Shown piece after piece: positions 35,206 through 47,103 of a stretch of 64,000 nucleotides of DNA (position 1 is the first letter of the stretch; each line of letters opens with the position of its first letter). The stretch is from Entomortierella parvispora E1425 (taxonomy: Eukaryota; Fungi; Mortierellomycota), in NCBI GenBank assembly GCA_020891255.1, contig BQFW01000002.1:3162001-3226000 (forward strand). Direction: 5' to 3'. A program made the position numbers and the translations under genes. The notes under the pieces are model-generated. The model worked only from the letters and a program-made list of their open reading frames with translations, had not been told where the DNA came from and made no database searches.

Positions 35206-38200
35206 ATGAATCCCTCGTCGGACGAAGGATTAAACTCGGTCTTCAACAGGTATGAGATAAAAGATCGAGAGAGACGAAGACAGAGACACTCTGTGTGTGT
35301 AAAAAGAGAGAGTTCAGTATTCAGGATTCAGGGGTTGCGCTCGCTTGTGGTGCTTAGCTGAGCCGAAAAAAGAGAGCAGCAAAAGAAGCAAGATGCGCGC
35401 ATTGTTGAAATAAGAGGGACACTCGCTCGCTCGCAAGCACTCGCATACCTCCTTCCTCCACGAATGCAGCCGACCGTGTGGGTGGAAGACTAGATGATGA
35501 TGTGAGGCAAGCGACGACACTGGATGACTTGATCTGAGAATTCCCCACACTCTTTCCCCCCTCTTCTCTCTTCTCTGTCATTCTCGCTTGGTTTGGGCAC
35601 CTTGAACGGACCCATGGCCTCACCCTCCCCTCATCCTCTCTCCTTGTCCCCTATCTGTTATGAGCGTGCGCTTGTTATTGTAAAAGTGTCCGCGTCTAAT
35701 ATCGGCGATTATCGCTCTTTTGGGAGAAAAAAAGAGAAAGGGAGCGAAAGAGTGCATGTGAAATATATTATCTACCCCGTCCCCTCCCCCCTGTTTAAAC
35801 GATTCAGTCAGGCCATCCCATCCAACCATGCACCGTCGGTGAAATAACAACGTTTGTGTCCTCTGTAATACCTATTTTAGCTTGGTTGATGTCGCCAACA
35901 ACGCAAGGCTCTACTTCACCCAGGGGTCCATCTCCGAGGCGCTCCATCTGCTCCAGGACGTGAAGCGGACCACTGAATATCTGGAGCACCGGCTGCCGGA
36001 GCAGGAGCGAGCACAGGCAAGTCAATGGTCGCTGATGAACTATGATTCCGAGGGAAGAGAAACGAGGCACAAAAGGGAGAGGAGGGGCGTGTGGACCACA
36101 CAAAGAGGGTTGGCCAGAATGTCCTTTTCTTTCCCGTTGAGCAGTGGCACAGAGATAAGAGAACCAAATGGGTGCAGGATACACAAAGTCAATTCAGAGA
36201 CAAAGGGGGGCATGCTGGAAAACAGAATGTGTGCCCACGCCTTTTCTTTCTTCCCTTTGCTCTTTGCGACCCGGACCCCAGGCGTAGAGGAGACGGACAA
36301 TCGCCCTTCGAGTTTTGTGCTCGGATGGCTCTTTGTTTCGATTGATCCTTTTCCCTTCTCTTTTTCACATTCAGACCCTGCTGTCGTTTGGTGCTCTCTT
36401 TTTCTTTTTTTTTTTCTGGTGGTTCAACCCATGTTCGCCGCATTTTTGTCTTTTCTTCGTGTCCACATTGGCCATTGACACGGTCTTTTTCTTTTGCCCG
36501 TATTCATTACATTCAAACAGCGCTCCTCTGGTCACACCGAGTCACCCCAAGCAGGTTTGGCCATCCATGCAAAAACCGATCGACAGCACGACCAAGGCCG
36601 AGGCTCAATATCGTTTTCTCACACCACCCATCATGGACCTCCGTACTCTGGACCCCCGCAGCATTTACCCTCGTTCAAGGGACCGTCGTCGGGAGCAGGA
36701 GGTGGCCATGGGCAGGCGTACACGTCTGGATCAACCACGGGAGGATCCCTGTCTCGATCAGGAACAGTATCAGATTCAGGATCGCGGTTTCCAACACAAC
36801 CATCCTCCTATCACCAGCAACACCATGGGCCTGGTCCCTCGGATTATCGGGAGCGACCAACTATCCAGACCAACCTCAGCCATGCCTCAGGCCCCAGGAG
36901 CTATGGATCATCCGGACGTGATCATCAGGAAGATTCCCGGCGATACCCCCCGCCTCTCACTGCACCTGTGTCGTCTTCGTCCTCCTCCTCCTCCTCATCG
37001 TTGTGGTCCTCGCCTAGAGCACCCGTTCCCCAGCAGCATGCTGAACACGGATCTTCCCCTGGAGGAGCGGCTGGTCCGTTCCGTCAGCGACACACTTCCT
37101 TGCCTCAAGTTCTGAACTACAACGCCCCAGCCCTTCCATCTCCTACTCGGGAACATCCACCACCACCTCCATCCCACCACTCTCAACACCACCACCATCA
37201 CCACCACCAACCACAACACCAGCAGCACCAATACCTCGCACAGCATTCTCATCAGCCCCATCACTCGTCATCACAACAGCAGCCACCACCACACCACCAG
37301 CCACACTACCCATCCTCAATACAACACCCGCAGCAGCACGGTCAACAACAGAGTCGTTCGTATCAACAGCCTGCACCTTCTGGCCAGTCGAGCTACCATC
37401 AAAGTTCCCCAAGGACACCGCACAGATACGAGGGGCCATTGTCTTCACCTCGCGGGAGTTACTTCCAGGAGACCGGATACCATGAGCAACATCCAACTTC
37501 GCCCAGGACTGGCCGTATCTCTTCTGACCGCGTTCCAGAGACAATAGAGGAGCAGTTGTACTATGGAGAGCAGGAGGACCGTCGCGTTGACAGGAGGATA
37601 TCCCAGGGTGGGCCCTCACCGGCGCACACGCCCGACCACCGGGCACGGATATCGTCGCTCGTGCATCCCCAGGACACACGTGACCACGATGGTGGTCGAC
37701 CTGGGATGCACACGCCACCCAGGAGAGGATCGGGCGGTCTGCCTGGCCCATCTTCGTCGTCTTCTTCGTTGTCCTCTGCTGCAAAGGGAGTTCTGCCCTT
37801 CACCAGCAACGGAAACGCTGGCAGTGGAGGCATCCATGGATCGGGGCCCTCGCCGCCTCAGCAGCACCAACATCAACTCAACCACCAACATCATCACCAC
37901 CATCACTCGAGTGGACCCACCTCGTCCCCTACCACGTCCACTCCCCGCGGTTCCCGTCATTCGCTCACGGTGACAACGTTGGGTAGTCCCTTGGCGGTGA
38001 CTTCCAGTGGTTCCTCGACGCTTCTCCACTCAGCGCCCCTTTCTGCAACCAACACAACTCCTACTGTCACGACCCGCGGAGATAATACTGGTTCTAGAAC
38101 TCAGTTCCATGCACCCCTGGAGCCAGAGGTGATTGCCCGGCTGGACGACATCTTTTTCAAGTTTCTGCAGCGGATATGTTCTGACCGTAAGTACTTGGGA

Positions 38201-39833
38201 CAAAATACTCTTTTGGATCCCAAAAAAGACATGAAAGACCTTGTTTCGTCAAAAAGAGGGCGATCAAACATGGCCCTCGCTCACTTTTTTTTTTATTTTA
38301 ATCATTTTTCTATTGTTCTTAGTGAAGGCTTGCGATTCCAAGGGTGATCATATGTAAGAGAACGACTGAGGATCGGACCTGCATGGAACCAATCATTCCA
38401 CGTACTAACCACCTTGTCTCCCTTCCTTTTATTCCTGGGAATAGTCACCAGCCTTTGATGGCCAAGAAGATGCAGAGATTGGAGGCCTCGACCGAGTTCC
38501 GGCCCTTCAAGTTTCGGATTCAGGCCTTTACGAATGCATTCCACGACTCTTTGATCCTGCATGGACTGACGGAGGATATTTTGCCCTTGCGTAAAGTCAA
38601 AGTGTACCTTTGGAAACATCGGTATATTTCCCGGTTCAATGAGGACGGCAAGAAGCAGAAATCCAAGGGAAACCATGTCTGGAACATTGAAGCTCGAAGG
38701 ATTGCGCCGCTTGTTGGAACTCAACCAACTGACAGTGGGAACGCAAGCTCGGCCGATTCAACACCGGCCTCCGCCACCACCACCACAAGACCCTCTTTAC
38801 CCCCGACCACGACCTCCACAGGGATCTCGAGCGCGGCCGTGGGCGAAGGCAGCGTCCCCATCCGATGGGAGTTCCGAGAGTACTCCAGCCGGATTGCTGG
38901 ACAGATCATCAAGTTTGCAAGAGTCGGTATCCCCTACGTGTATTCGCCTCGTATTTGGGATGCTCAGATGTCTTGTAAGTGTCGTTTTGCTGTCATTTCT
39001 TTTCTTTTTTCTTTGGTTTTTTTCGCGAGCAATTTTTTTAAACTCTCTAGTAATTTCTCCATATAGGTCCTGATGCCAAGTTCAGTAGTCCCTGGCTGCC
39101 AGGCTGGTTAAAGTGGAAGAGGGGCGAGCTGAAAGGAATACCTGGACCAGACGACGAGTCTTGCACAATCACAGTCATTGCGGAATACGTGCGCGAAGGC
39201 GAAGAGTGTCGATTGGAAATGTCTTTTCCTTTGACGGTCTCGGATCCTTCCAAAGAAGGAGAGCTCATGGACTCACAGAACGAGCAAGAGCCCGAGAACG
39301 AAAATGAGATTGAAAACGAGGATGAGGATGAATTGGAGGAGGACGAGGACCAGGACCGTGAGCCAAACAGCGGTCATGGCAAGCAGCGTTCCTCTGCCGC
39401 CACAGCAGCTGGTCGTAAGACCCAGGGCCGTCAAAAGCTGCAGGCAAAGAAGCCACGGCTACCCAAACAGCAAAAACAACAGCAACCATTGCCTTCTCCA
39501 GGAACTGCTCCATCTCTGTCGCAGCCCCAATCACCACAGCAACATCGACACTCTTACTCTCCTCAAGGAACCACTGAGACAGCGCGGCAGGCCGCGAGCG
39601 GGGGCGATGGCGACGAGGAACAAGGATCTAGCTACGATGACGAGGACGATGAAATGGATCAGGAGATGATGGACGAAGAAGATGAGATTGACGATGACGG
39701 CGACGACGGCGACGAGGACGAGATGGAATATGTGGATGATAATGTTCCTCCTCGGAAAAAATCTCGGGAGCGCCGATCCCTTATCCTGGTCAAGGACAGT
39801 CAGGATTCAAAAAGACGAAAGCATATTAAGTGA
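35206..39833 (+). CDS. Uncharacterised putative regulator, about 1057 aa: short N-terminal helical exons, H/Q/S/P-rich disorder, basic globular domain, Ig/cadherin-like beta module, acidic tail; exons 35206-35249, 35881-36016, 36521-38186, 38323-38353, 38445-38974, 39067-39833
   Basis: Five introns join in phase (631-nt GT-AG, 504-nt GC-AG, three short GT-AG) to give MNPSSDEGLNSVFNSLVDVANNARLYF... and LDDIFFKFLQRICSDLKACDSKGDHIHQPLMAKKMQRL...RPFKFRIQAFTNAF...ISRFNEDGKKQKSKGNHVWNIEA...LPGWLKW...LKGIP. Confidence 0.75.
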
Positions 39834-40098
39834 AAAAAAAAAAAAAAAATTGAAAAGCAATGACAGCAACACCCACCCACCAACCTTTATCCACCCCTAT
39901 CCCAACCTCCCCACTCTATTCTACCCCTTTGTGCAATAAAAAAAAACAAAAGCCGACACTTGACGGGTGGACTTCGGTATGCTTCGTTTCACTGACTATT
40001 TTCATGCCACCCTTCGTCATCCATCATTTTCTTTCTTCAGAAGAAGTGGGTTACGGTTACAGCTATATAGTATACACTTTTGTTGACCTTCCAGTCAA

Positions 40099-41228
40099 TC
40101 ACAGGGAGGCGACCTCAATGTACACCTTCCCGTGGTACTTGCCGTCGTGGTAGTCCACAAAGGACTGAGCAGCGTTGTCAAGCCCCTTCAGCACCACCTC
40201 CTGTTGAACTGGGACCTCACCATTCTCGATCAATGGACCAATGGTCTTCCAGAGCAGAGGGAACTTGTCCACATGATGAAAGACGAGGAATCCATTGATA
40301 GTCAGCGCCTTTCGGATAATCAGACCAAGGTTCTTGGGCACATGGGGCGTTTTCGCATCGAATTCCGAGATATTTCCAATGGCGACCACTTGACCGTTGG
40401 GCTTGAGTTTCTCCAACACAATGTCCAAAATCTCTCCGCCCACCATATCGAAATAAATGTCAATGCCCGCCTTCGAGATCTTGGAAAGTTCGACTCCAGT
40501 GTCTTGGGTCTTGTAGTTGAAGGCGGCATCGAAGCCGATGTCCTTGAGCAAGTACTGAACCTTTTCGTCAGAGCTAGCGCTTCCAATGACAAAAGCACCT
40601 GCGCGCTTGGCGAGGAAGGCGAAGAAAGTGCCGACAGGACCGGCAGCCGAGGAGATGTAGACAACCTGGTCCTTCTTGAACTTGACCAAAGTTTCGACAG
40701 CAGCGAACGACGTGAGTCCATTGATGCCAAGCACGTTGAGATACTCGGTCAATGCAATCTTGGGGTTGCGGGGATTGGGAATCACAAAGAACGATTGAAG
40801 CTGGGCAGCAGTGACCTTGGAGTACTCGGCCCATTCGAGACCAAGGCTGAGGACAACAGAATTGACGGGGAAGGCAGGGTTCTTGGATTCAATAACCTCG
40901 GCGATACCGGCGCCAGAAACAGGTGTGTTTAGTGGAGCTGCATATGATCCCTCAATGAAAGCGTAAATGATATCTACCGAAGAGAACAACACGAGAGGGG
41001 TGAGCGAGGTTTTTTTTGTTGTTGTCAAAAAGAGAATGGGGCAAGATCCAACAAAAAATCTGGCTTACAAGGATCGAAGGCAATGTAGAGACTGCGAACA
41101 AGGACTTCCCCCTCGCTCAGAGTTGAGTCGATCTCGACGGTCTCGGATTTGAATAGTCCAGCGTTGAAGGCTTGCCCTTTGGCCAAATAGCCATTATGAA
41201 CGATGCGGCTGTTCTTGATATTTGTCAT
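40099..41228 (-). CDS. NADP-dependent alkenal/one reductase (MDR superfamily, PTGR/LTB4DH-like), copy 1, 344 aa; exons 41228-41069, 40973-40099
   Basis: Motifs: LVRSLYIAFDP, LGINGLTS, SSAAGPVG, AAFNYKT, GIDIYFDMVGG, GKV. One phase-1 GT-AG intron. Confidence 0.92.
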
Positions 41229-41807
41229 GGCTGATATACGGGTGTAAGCGCGTTTACGAGAGAGTGGAGAAAAGGGCGAGTGGGTCTTTTGGCGAGAAGA
41301 GAAGTTGAGGAATGAGTTTGATAATTTTTTTACGTGAGAGAACGGGCGTGTTTTTATATCACATTCCCCGCATATCCTTGATAGCCCAAGAAAGCGAGGG
41401 CGTGAAGGGAATGGTTGGATCCAAGTAGAGCCCAGGAATTGTGGGCTGAGGACTTCCTTGTGCACAAGAGCATGAAGGCGTGTAGGCGATCTCTCAAGGT
41501 GAGTTGGTTATCGGCAAGGGGAACGATGATAAATCAAAAAGCTGAACGCGTTTCCCTGGTGTGGGCGTTGATCTGACAAATTAACATGGCGAATTGCGAA
41601 GTCCCAGGGCAAGATCGCACCTTCTTGGGCTTTGCACCAGCCCTGCAAGATTAAGTTTTTCGATCGTGTTTGTAAGCGTGCTCGGGTGCTGACCTGTGGT
41701 GTCTGTGCTCTTCATGCTTTGCCCACTGTTTCGTTTCTCGGGAGGTTGACACGCTCACGAAATACAACAAAAAATAGAATAAGCTTGGGTTGCTCTGCGC
41801 AATTGTC

Positions 41808-42097
41808 CATGGGCCTTCAATACAAGAGTATACGATAACTATCAACCAAGGAAGAGTATCAGGTTTCTGTGGTCCGTGGTCCGTGGTCCGTGGTCCGTGG
41901 TCTGTGGTGCGCTCCAAAAAAAAAAAAAAAGACTTACAAGGATCTTGAGCGAGATAAAGAGTACGAACAAGGATCTCTCCATAATTCAATGCGGAGTCGA
42001 TCTCAACGGTGTCGACTTTGAACAATCTGGTATTGAAGGTCTGTCCTTTGGCCAAATAGCTGGAGTGGATGATGTGGCTGTTCTTGATGTTTGGCAT
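41808..42097 (-). pseudogene. Truncated reductase copy: intact exon 1 (42097-41938), intron, and only about 10 codons of exon 2
   Basis: MPNIKNSHIIHSS...LVRTLYLAQDP with a 160-nt exon like copy 1. After the acceptor at 41839 it reads IVYSCIEG and then homology ends. Confidence 0.85.
41869..41908. repeat. 7-bp minisatellite (GTGGTCC) x~5.7 inside the intron of the truncated copy
   Basis: Read directly. Confidence 0.9.
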
Positions 42098-42643
42098 GGC
42101 CGATGTTGTGCAGGTGTGTGTGTATGAGTTGTGGGAGTGGGTTTTGGTGAGATGACGAGCGAGTTTTATATTCCATTCCAACACATCCTTGACTTCCTAA
42201 GAAGACGAGGACGTGAGAGTAATGGTAGATTCAAGTAGAGGATATCCAATACAAGTACCTAGGTCAGTAATCAAGAGGGGAGGTATATGAAAAGATTGGA
42301 CGCGTCTCGCTCGCGTGAGCACAAATATGGCAACTCAGAAAGGTCCATCTTTTTCGTGCCTTGGGCCAACTTTGAGGTTATTTTTTTGTTTTTGTCAACA
42401 TGCTCAGATGCTCGCTTGTGTCTGTGCTCGAGATGTTTAGCTGTTTCGGCACTTGGTGCTTCGCCCGCAGTGTCCAGGGAGGTGACGCATCCATAAAGTG
42501 CAACAAAACATGTAGACAATCTTTGCGCAGCTCGGTCTGCGGCGGCATGCTAGAGGGGTGTTGGCTTCCCAAAAAAGGAGACAAAGAGAACCCTTGCGGT
42601 GGAGGTTTACCATGTCCATCACAGTCCCAAGGTTTCGCCCTTT

Positions 42644-42730
42644 CTGCAAGCATACATCCTCGATTAACACCTTGCCATAGTACTTCCCATTTACGACGAT
42701 GATCCCTCTTGGAAAGGCAACTGGCAGCCC
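42644..42730 (-). pseudogene. Degenerate 3'-end fragment of another reductase copy
   Basis: NGKYYGKVLIEDVCL(cag) aligns with NGKYHGKVYVEVATL(tag) of the neighbouring copy; no upstream body is recognisable. Confidence 0.5.
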
Positions 42731-42840
42731 ATTTCCTTTCTTCAGATTTCCATTCGTGCCAAGTATATATGTTGTTCCCTGCAAATCAGTGGGAAAGGCT
42801 CTTGTAGAAAAATTTATTTTTTCGGAAAGTTTTCCTGCAA

Positions 42841-43968
42841 CTACAAAGTAGCGACCTCAACGTAGACCTTTCCGTGGTACTTGCCATTGAGGTAGTCAAC
42901 AAAGGACTGAGGGGCATTGTCAATACCCTTGATCACCACCTCCTTCTGGGCAGGGATCTCACCATTTTCGACCAAGGGTCCAATGGTCTTCCAGAGCAGA
43001 GGGACCTTGTCAAAGTGATGATAGGCCGTGAATCCGTTGATGGTCAAGGCCTTTCGGATAATGAAGCCAAGGTTTTTGGTTACATAAGGGGTTTTCGCAT
43101 TCGATTCCGAGATATTTCCAATGGCAACCACTTGACCGTGGGGCTTGAGTTTCTCCAGCGCGATATCAAACTGCTCTCCTCCGACCAGGTCGAAATAGAT
43201 ATCAATTCCGTCCTTGGAGATCTTGGAAAGCTCAACGCTAGCGTCTTGGGTCTTGTAGTTGAAGGCGGCATCGATACCAATGTCCTTGAGCAAGTACTGG
43301 ATCTTTTCATCTGAACCAGCGCTTCCAATGACGAAAGCACCTGCGCGCTTGGCGAGGATAGCAAAGAACGATCCGACGGGACCGGCAGCCGAGGAAACGA
43401 AGACAACTTGATCCTTCTTGAACTTGACCAAAGTTTCAACAGCAGCAAACGATGTGAGCCCGTTGAGACCGAGCACGTTGAGATACTCGGTCAATGCAAT
43501 CTTGGGGTTGCGGGGGTTGGGAATCACAAAGAACGCTTGAAGCTTGGCAGCAGTGACCTTGGAGTACTCGGCCCATTCAAACCCGAAACCGAGGACAACG
43601 GATTTGACGGGGAAGGCAGGGTTCTTGGATTCAATGACCTCACCGATGCCGATACCACCGACCGGTCCGTTCAAAGGACCAGAAGCAGAGCTATCTTCAA
43701 GGAAAGAGTAACGGATGACTACCACAGGAAATAGAGAGGAAGCGATGGGGTTAGTTGATAGTACAAACAAGAGTAATATGAGTTGAAGATGTTACAATGG
43801 CTTACAAGGATCGAGGGCAAGGTAAAGACTGCGAATAAGGACTTCACCCTCGTTCAGAGTTGAATCGATCTCGACATTCTCGGACTTGAACAAGCTGACG
43901 TCAAAGGTTTGTCCTTTGGCCAAGTGGCTGGCACGGACGATGTGGGTATTCTTGGTGTTTGGTGCCAT
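42841..43968 (-). CDS. NADP-dependent alkenal/one reductase, second intact copy, 346 aa; exons 43968-43806, 43718-42841
   Basis: Same motifs and intron position as copy 1; long stretches nearly identical at the nucleotide level. Confidence 0.92.
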
Positions 43969-44795
43969 TGCTGATGTTTAAGAGAGTGTGTTGCGTGTTG
44001 TGTGTTGTGTGTGAGTGAGTGAGTGAAAGAGAGATTGGGTCAGTAAGTGGAGGAGAGAAGTTGAGTGAGTTGAGAACTTTTTTTTTTTTTTTTGTGAGAA
44101 AACGAGCGAGTTTTATCTCAATCCCAGAGAACCTTGACAGCCCAAGGAGGCAAGGCTGCAAAGGGAACGGAATGAGTTGATCCGAGCCAAGCCCAAGAAG
44201 CACGCGCGTACAATGCATCAAAGACGAACACGCTATCTTCGAAGCCAATTGGTTATCAACAAGGAGCGATGATAAATCCAAAAATTGTGTCGCGTCCCCC
44301 CCACAATTGGCCATCTGGCGATAAATTTGCGCAGTTTGAGGGAAAGGTCGCGACTTCGGCATTGCGCCCAACTTTCCAGTTTTTGAGTTCTCTTCAGAGA
44401 TTGATCGACCTGCGCAGCTCTTGACCGGACGTGTTTCTGTGCTTTAAGCTGGTTCGGCATTTTGGTGCTTCGCCCACAAACGACAAGGAAAGGGTGACGT
44501 GTCTAGTGCACGCAAAAAGGAATAAAAGACGATCGACGCTGCGCAAGGACTCTCCATTTGCCTCCCAAAAACGGAAATGAAAGAAAACCCTGTTGGGTGG
44601 ACTGTCTCTTCCAGAACATAGAGTCGCACCCTCATTTATCCAGCACATGCACAGTCTCTCATGTTTGACCATGTTGCCACTTACACGCTTGCCATTTCTG
44701 CAGGAATATAGTATCAGGGTAGGGACTTCTCTTGTTTATTGTTCGCTCCAACCTATAGTCTAGAAATACAGGTACTTTTCATCGATACGCTGTTT

Positions 44796-45898
44796 CTACA
44801 GAGTCGCGACTTCGACAGAGATCTTGTCATGATATTTGCCATCTAGATATTCACTACCCTTGATCACGGTCTCTCGCTGGGCCGGAATCTCGCCTCTCTC
44901 GATGAAGGGCATGATCTTTTCCCAAAGAAGAGGGTACTTGTCCAGGTGATGAAAAGCTGACAAACCATTGACTGTCAAGCTTCTCTTGATGATTAAACCC
45001 AAGTTCTTGTTCACATAGGGCACCTTGGCGTTCGATTCTCCAACGTTTCCAACCGCTACTACTTGGGCATGAGGCTTCATATGTTCCAAGGTGACATCCA
45101 AAGATTCACCAGCCACTAGGTCAAAGTGAATATCCAGACCATCCGAAGCGTGCTTCTTGAGCTCCGCTTGAGCGTCTAGGGTTTTGTAATTGAACGCAGT
45201 ATCCACTCCAATGTTGTTCAAAAGGTATTGAACCTTCTCGTCCGATCCAGCACTGCCAATGACTTGGACACCTTCGCGCTTAGCCAAGATGGCCAAGAAA
45301 GAGCCCACAGGTCCGGCGGCCGAAGATATGTAGACAACTTGGTCCTTCTTGAACTTGACCAGAGTCTCGATGGCAGCGAATGCCGTGAGCCCATTGAGTC
45401 CCAGTACATTGAGGTAGTTGGTCAAGGCGATCTTGGGGTTGCGTGGGATAGGAATCACAGAAAACGTCTTGAGGTTCGCAGCTGACACCTTTGAATACTC
45501 TTCCCAAGAGAAACCAAGGCCGATGACCACGGAGCCGGTAGGGAAGGCGGGGTTCTTGGAGTCAATGATCTCTCCGAGACCTACTCCTGTCACGGGCCTC
45601 TCCAAAGGAGCACCAGAGAAGACAGCACCCTTCAGAAAGGAGTAACGAGTGACTTTAGTCAGTGGTATGTAATCAATGTTAATTTGCGACCTCGGAGCCG
45701 GGCATCAAAAGGTACCCAAAAAAAGGCTACGTACATGGATCAAGAGCAATATACACAGTCCTGATAAGGACATCTCCTTCACTCAATTGAGAGTTGATTT
45801 CGACAGAGTCAGATTTGAAGAGATCTCTGGTAAAGCCCTCTTCTGTGACAAAGTACGTGGCACGGAGAATGCGCTTGTTCTTGATGTTGGGGGGTCAT
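44796..45898 (-). pseudogene. Reductase copy with +1 frameshift at codon 3 and a C-terminal in-frame deletion; exons 45898-45735, 45652-44796
   Basis: ATG A-CCCCCC-AAC has one extra C, making exon 1 164 nt versus 163 in the paralogue. The C-terminus reads KG-SEYLDGKYHDK versus KGIDNAPQSFVDYLNGKYHGK. The frameshift alone could be a homopolymer error. Confidence 0.7.
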
Positions 45899-46209
45899 TG
45901 TGATTGAGCGCTTGAAGGCGATGAAGAAGATGAAGGGAGATGGATGTGGGATAGCAAGGACGCGTACTCTGCCTTTATATGATAAAGAGGGATAGGGTCA
46001 CACCATGGCCCTTTTAGTAGTGTACACGCTCGTCGTTAGGGAAAAAATAGCGTGATGGCAGTCCCTTTGCATGCCATGCCGTCCAAGCTTTCATCTGTCA
46101 ACTGGACGCCAAGTGGGCTGGGGTAGGATAACTGTTATTAGCCATGCTCCGCCGCTTGTTTGGAGCAAAAGGAACAAGAGAGCCTACTGCCATCCTGGAG
46201 ACATGCTGG

Positions 46210-46343
46210 ATGCTCTTCGCCGCCCTCTACCGACAAGAGTATCTCTTTGTATTCGACGTTGATACGAGCCGCTGAAATGCTCTCCGCCGCCCTCTGGAGA
46301 CAAGGATGTCTCTTTGTATTCGACGTTGATACAAGAAGGATGG
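46210..46343. repeat. Imperfect 67-bp tandem duplication (core TCTCTTTGTATTCGACGTTGATAC)
   Basis: Units start ATGCTCT at 46210 and 46277; a weaker partial unit starts at 46144. Confidence 0.8.
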
Positions 46344-47103
46344 TGCCATTTTTTGCATTTCTTGACTCTGATGTTCGAGGCCTGTCTCTTGGACACAAGC
46401 TGAGTTCGGATTCCTTTTGTTTTTGTTCTGCACCACAAATATTGATATACCTTCTCTTCCTTGGATTGGGCTTGGAGCCCTAGATGAGAATGACCAGCGG
46501 TTGGTCGACAAATGGGCGACCATCCTTTTCCACCCTCTGTGTTCCTTTTGACGTACAAAAGGACGCCGAGTGCAGGCAAGGGCCCACCATCACACGCAGG
46601 TCTAGATCCGAACAGGGCAAAGTGGAGTTCCCTCTATTTTTTCTTTTTGGCTCACCCCATCCGTCAGCTCAGTCAGAGAAAAGGCAGCCCAGGCACTCTC
46701 AGACGCACTCAAGACCAACAGGATCTTGACAGTATTGAACTTGACTGTCAACAAGTTTCCTCTCCTACATGTATATCTCGTGCTCGATCTCGATCTACAG
46801 TGAAAGTCCTCGGTCATACCGATAATATCGCGCTTGTTTTTTTTCCTTTTTTTTTTCTTCAGATGTTCCCTTTCAAGAATATCTCGGCATCGCCCCCGTT
46901 CCTTTACGGGTAGAGAATCAGGGAGGACAAAGGCCGAGGACAAGATAAACTGTCCCACATAAAATTGTTCTCACCATCAAGTTTGAAAATAGAAAAAAAA
47001 AAAAGAGTTCATCGTAAAAGTACATGTTTTTATTATTCTAGCAATCAAAGAAAAAAAAAAAAAGACATTTTCATTTCCATGCGAGAAGCGAAGGACGAGG
47101 GAA

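Noticed and set aside
35494-35537. C/D-box-like ATGATGA...CTGA in a long intron
   Set aside because: Only 44 nt, with no terminal stem and no guide complementarity that I can identify.
35828-35880. Alternative start ATGCACCGTCG with a 42-nt intron for the unknown regulator
   Set aside because: The intron is much shorter than others here; the exon at 35206-35249 has a stronger donor (AG|GTATGA) and the correct phase.
40132-40932. 266-aa plus-strand ORF and its counterparts at 42874-43314 and 43408-43734
   Set aside because: Antisense shadows of the reductase genes, explained by codon bias on the coding strand.
46144-46343. CRISPR-like repeat-spacer appearance
   Set aside because: Only two good copies, similarity extends through the supposed spacer, the context is eukaryotic, and there are no cas genes.
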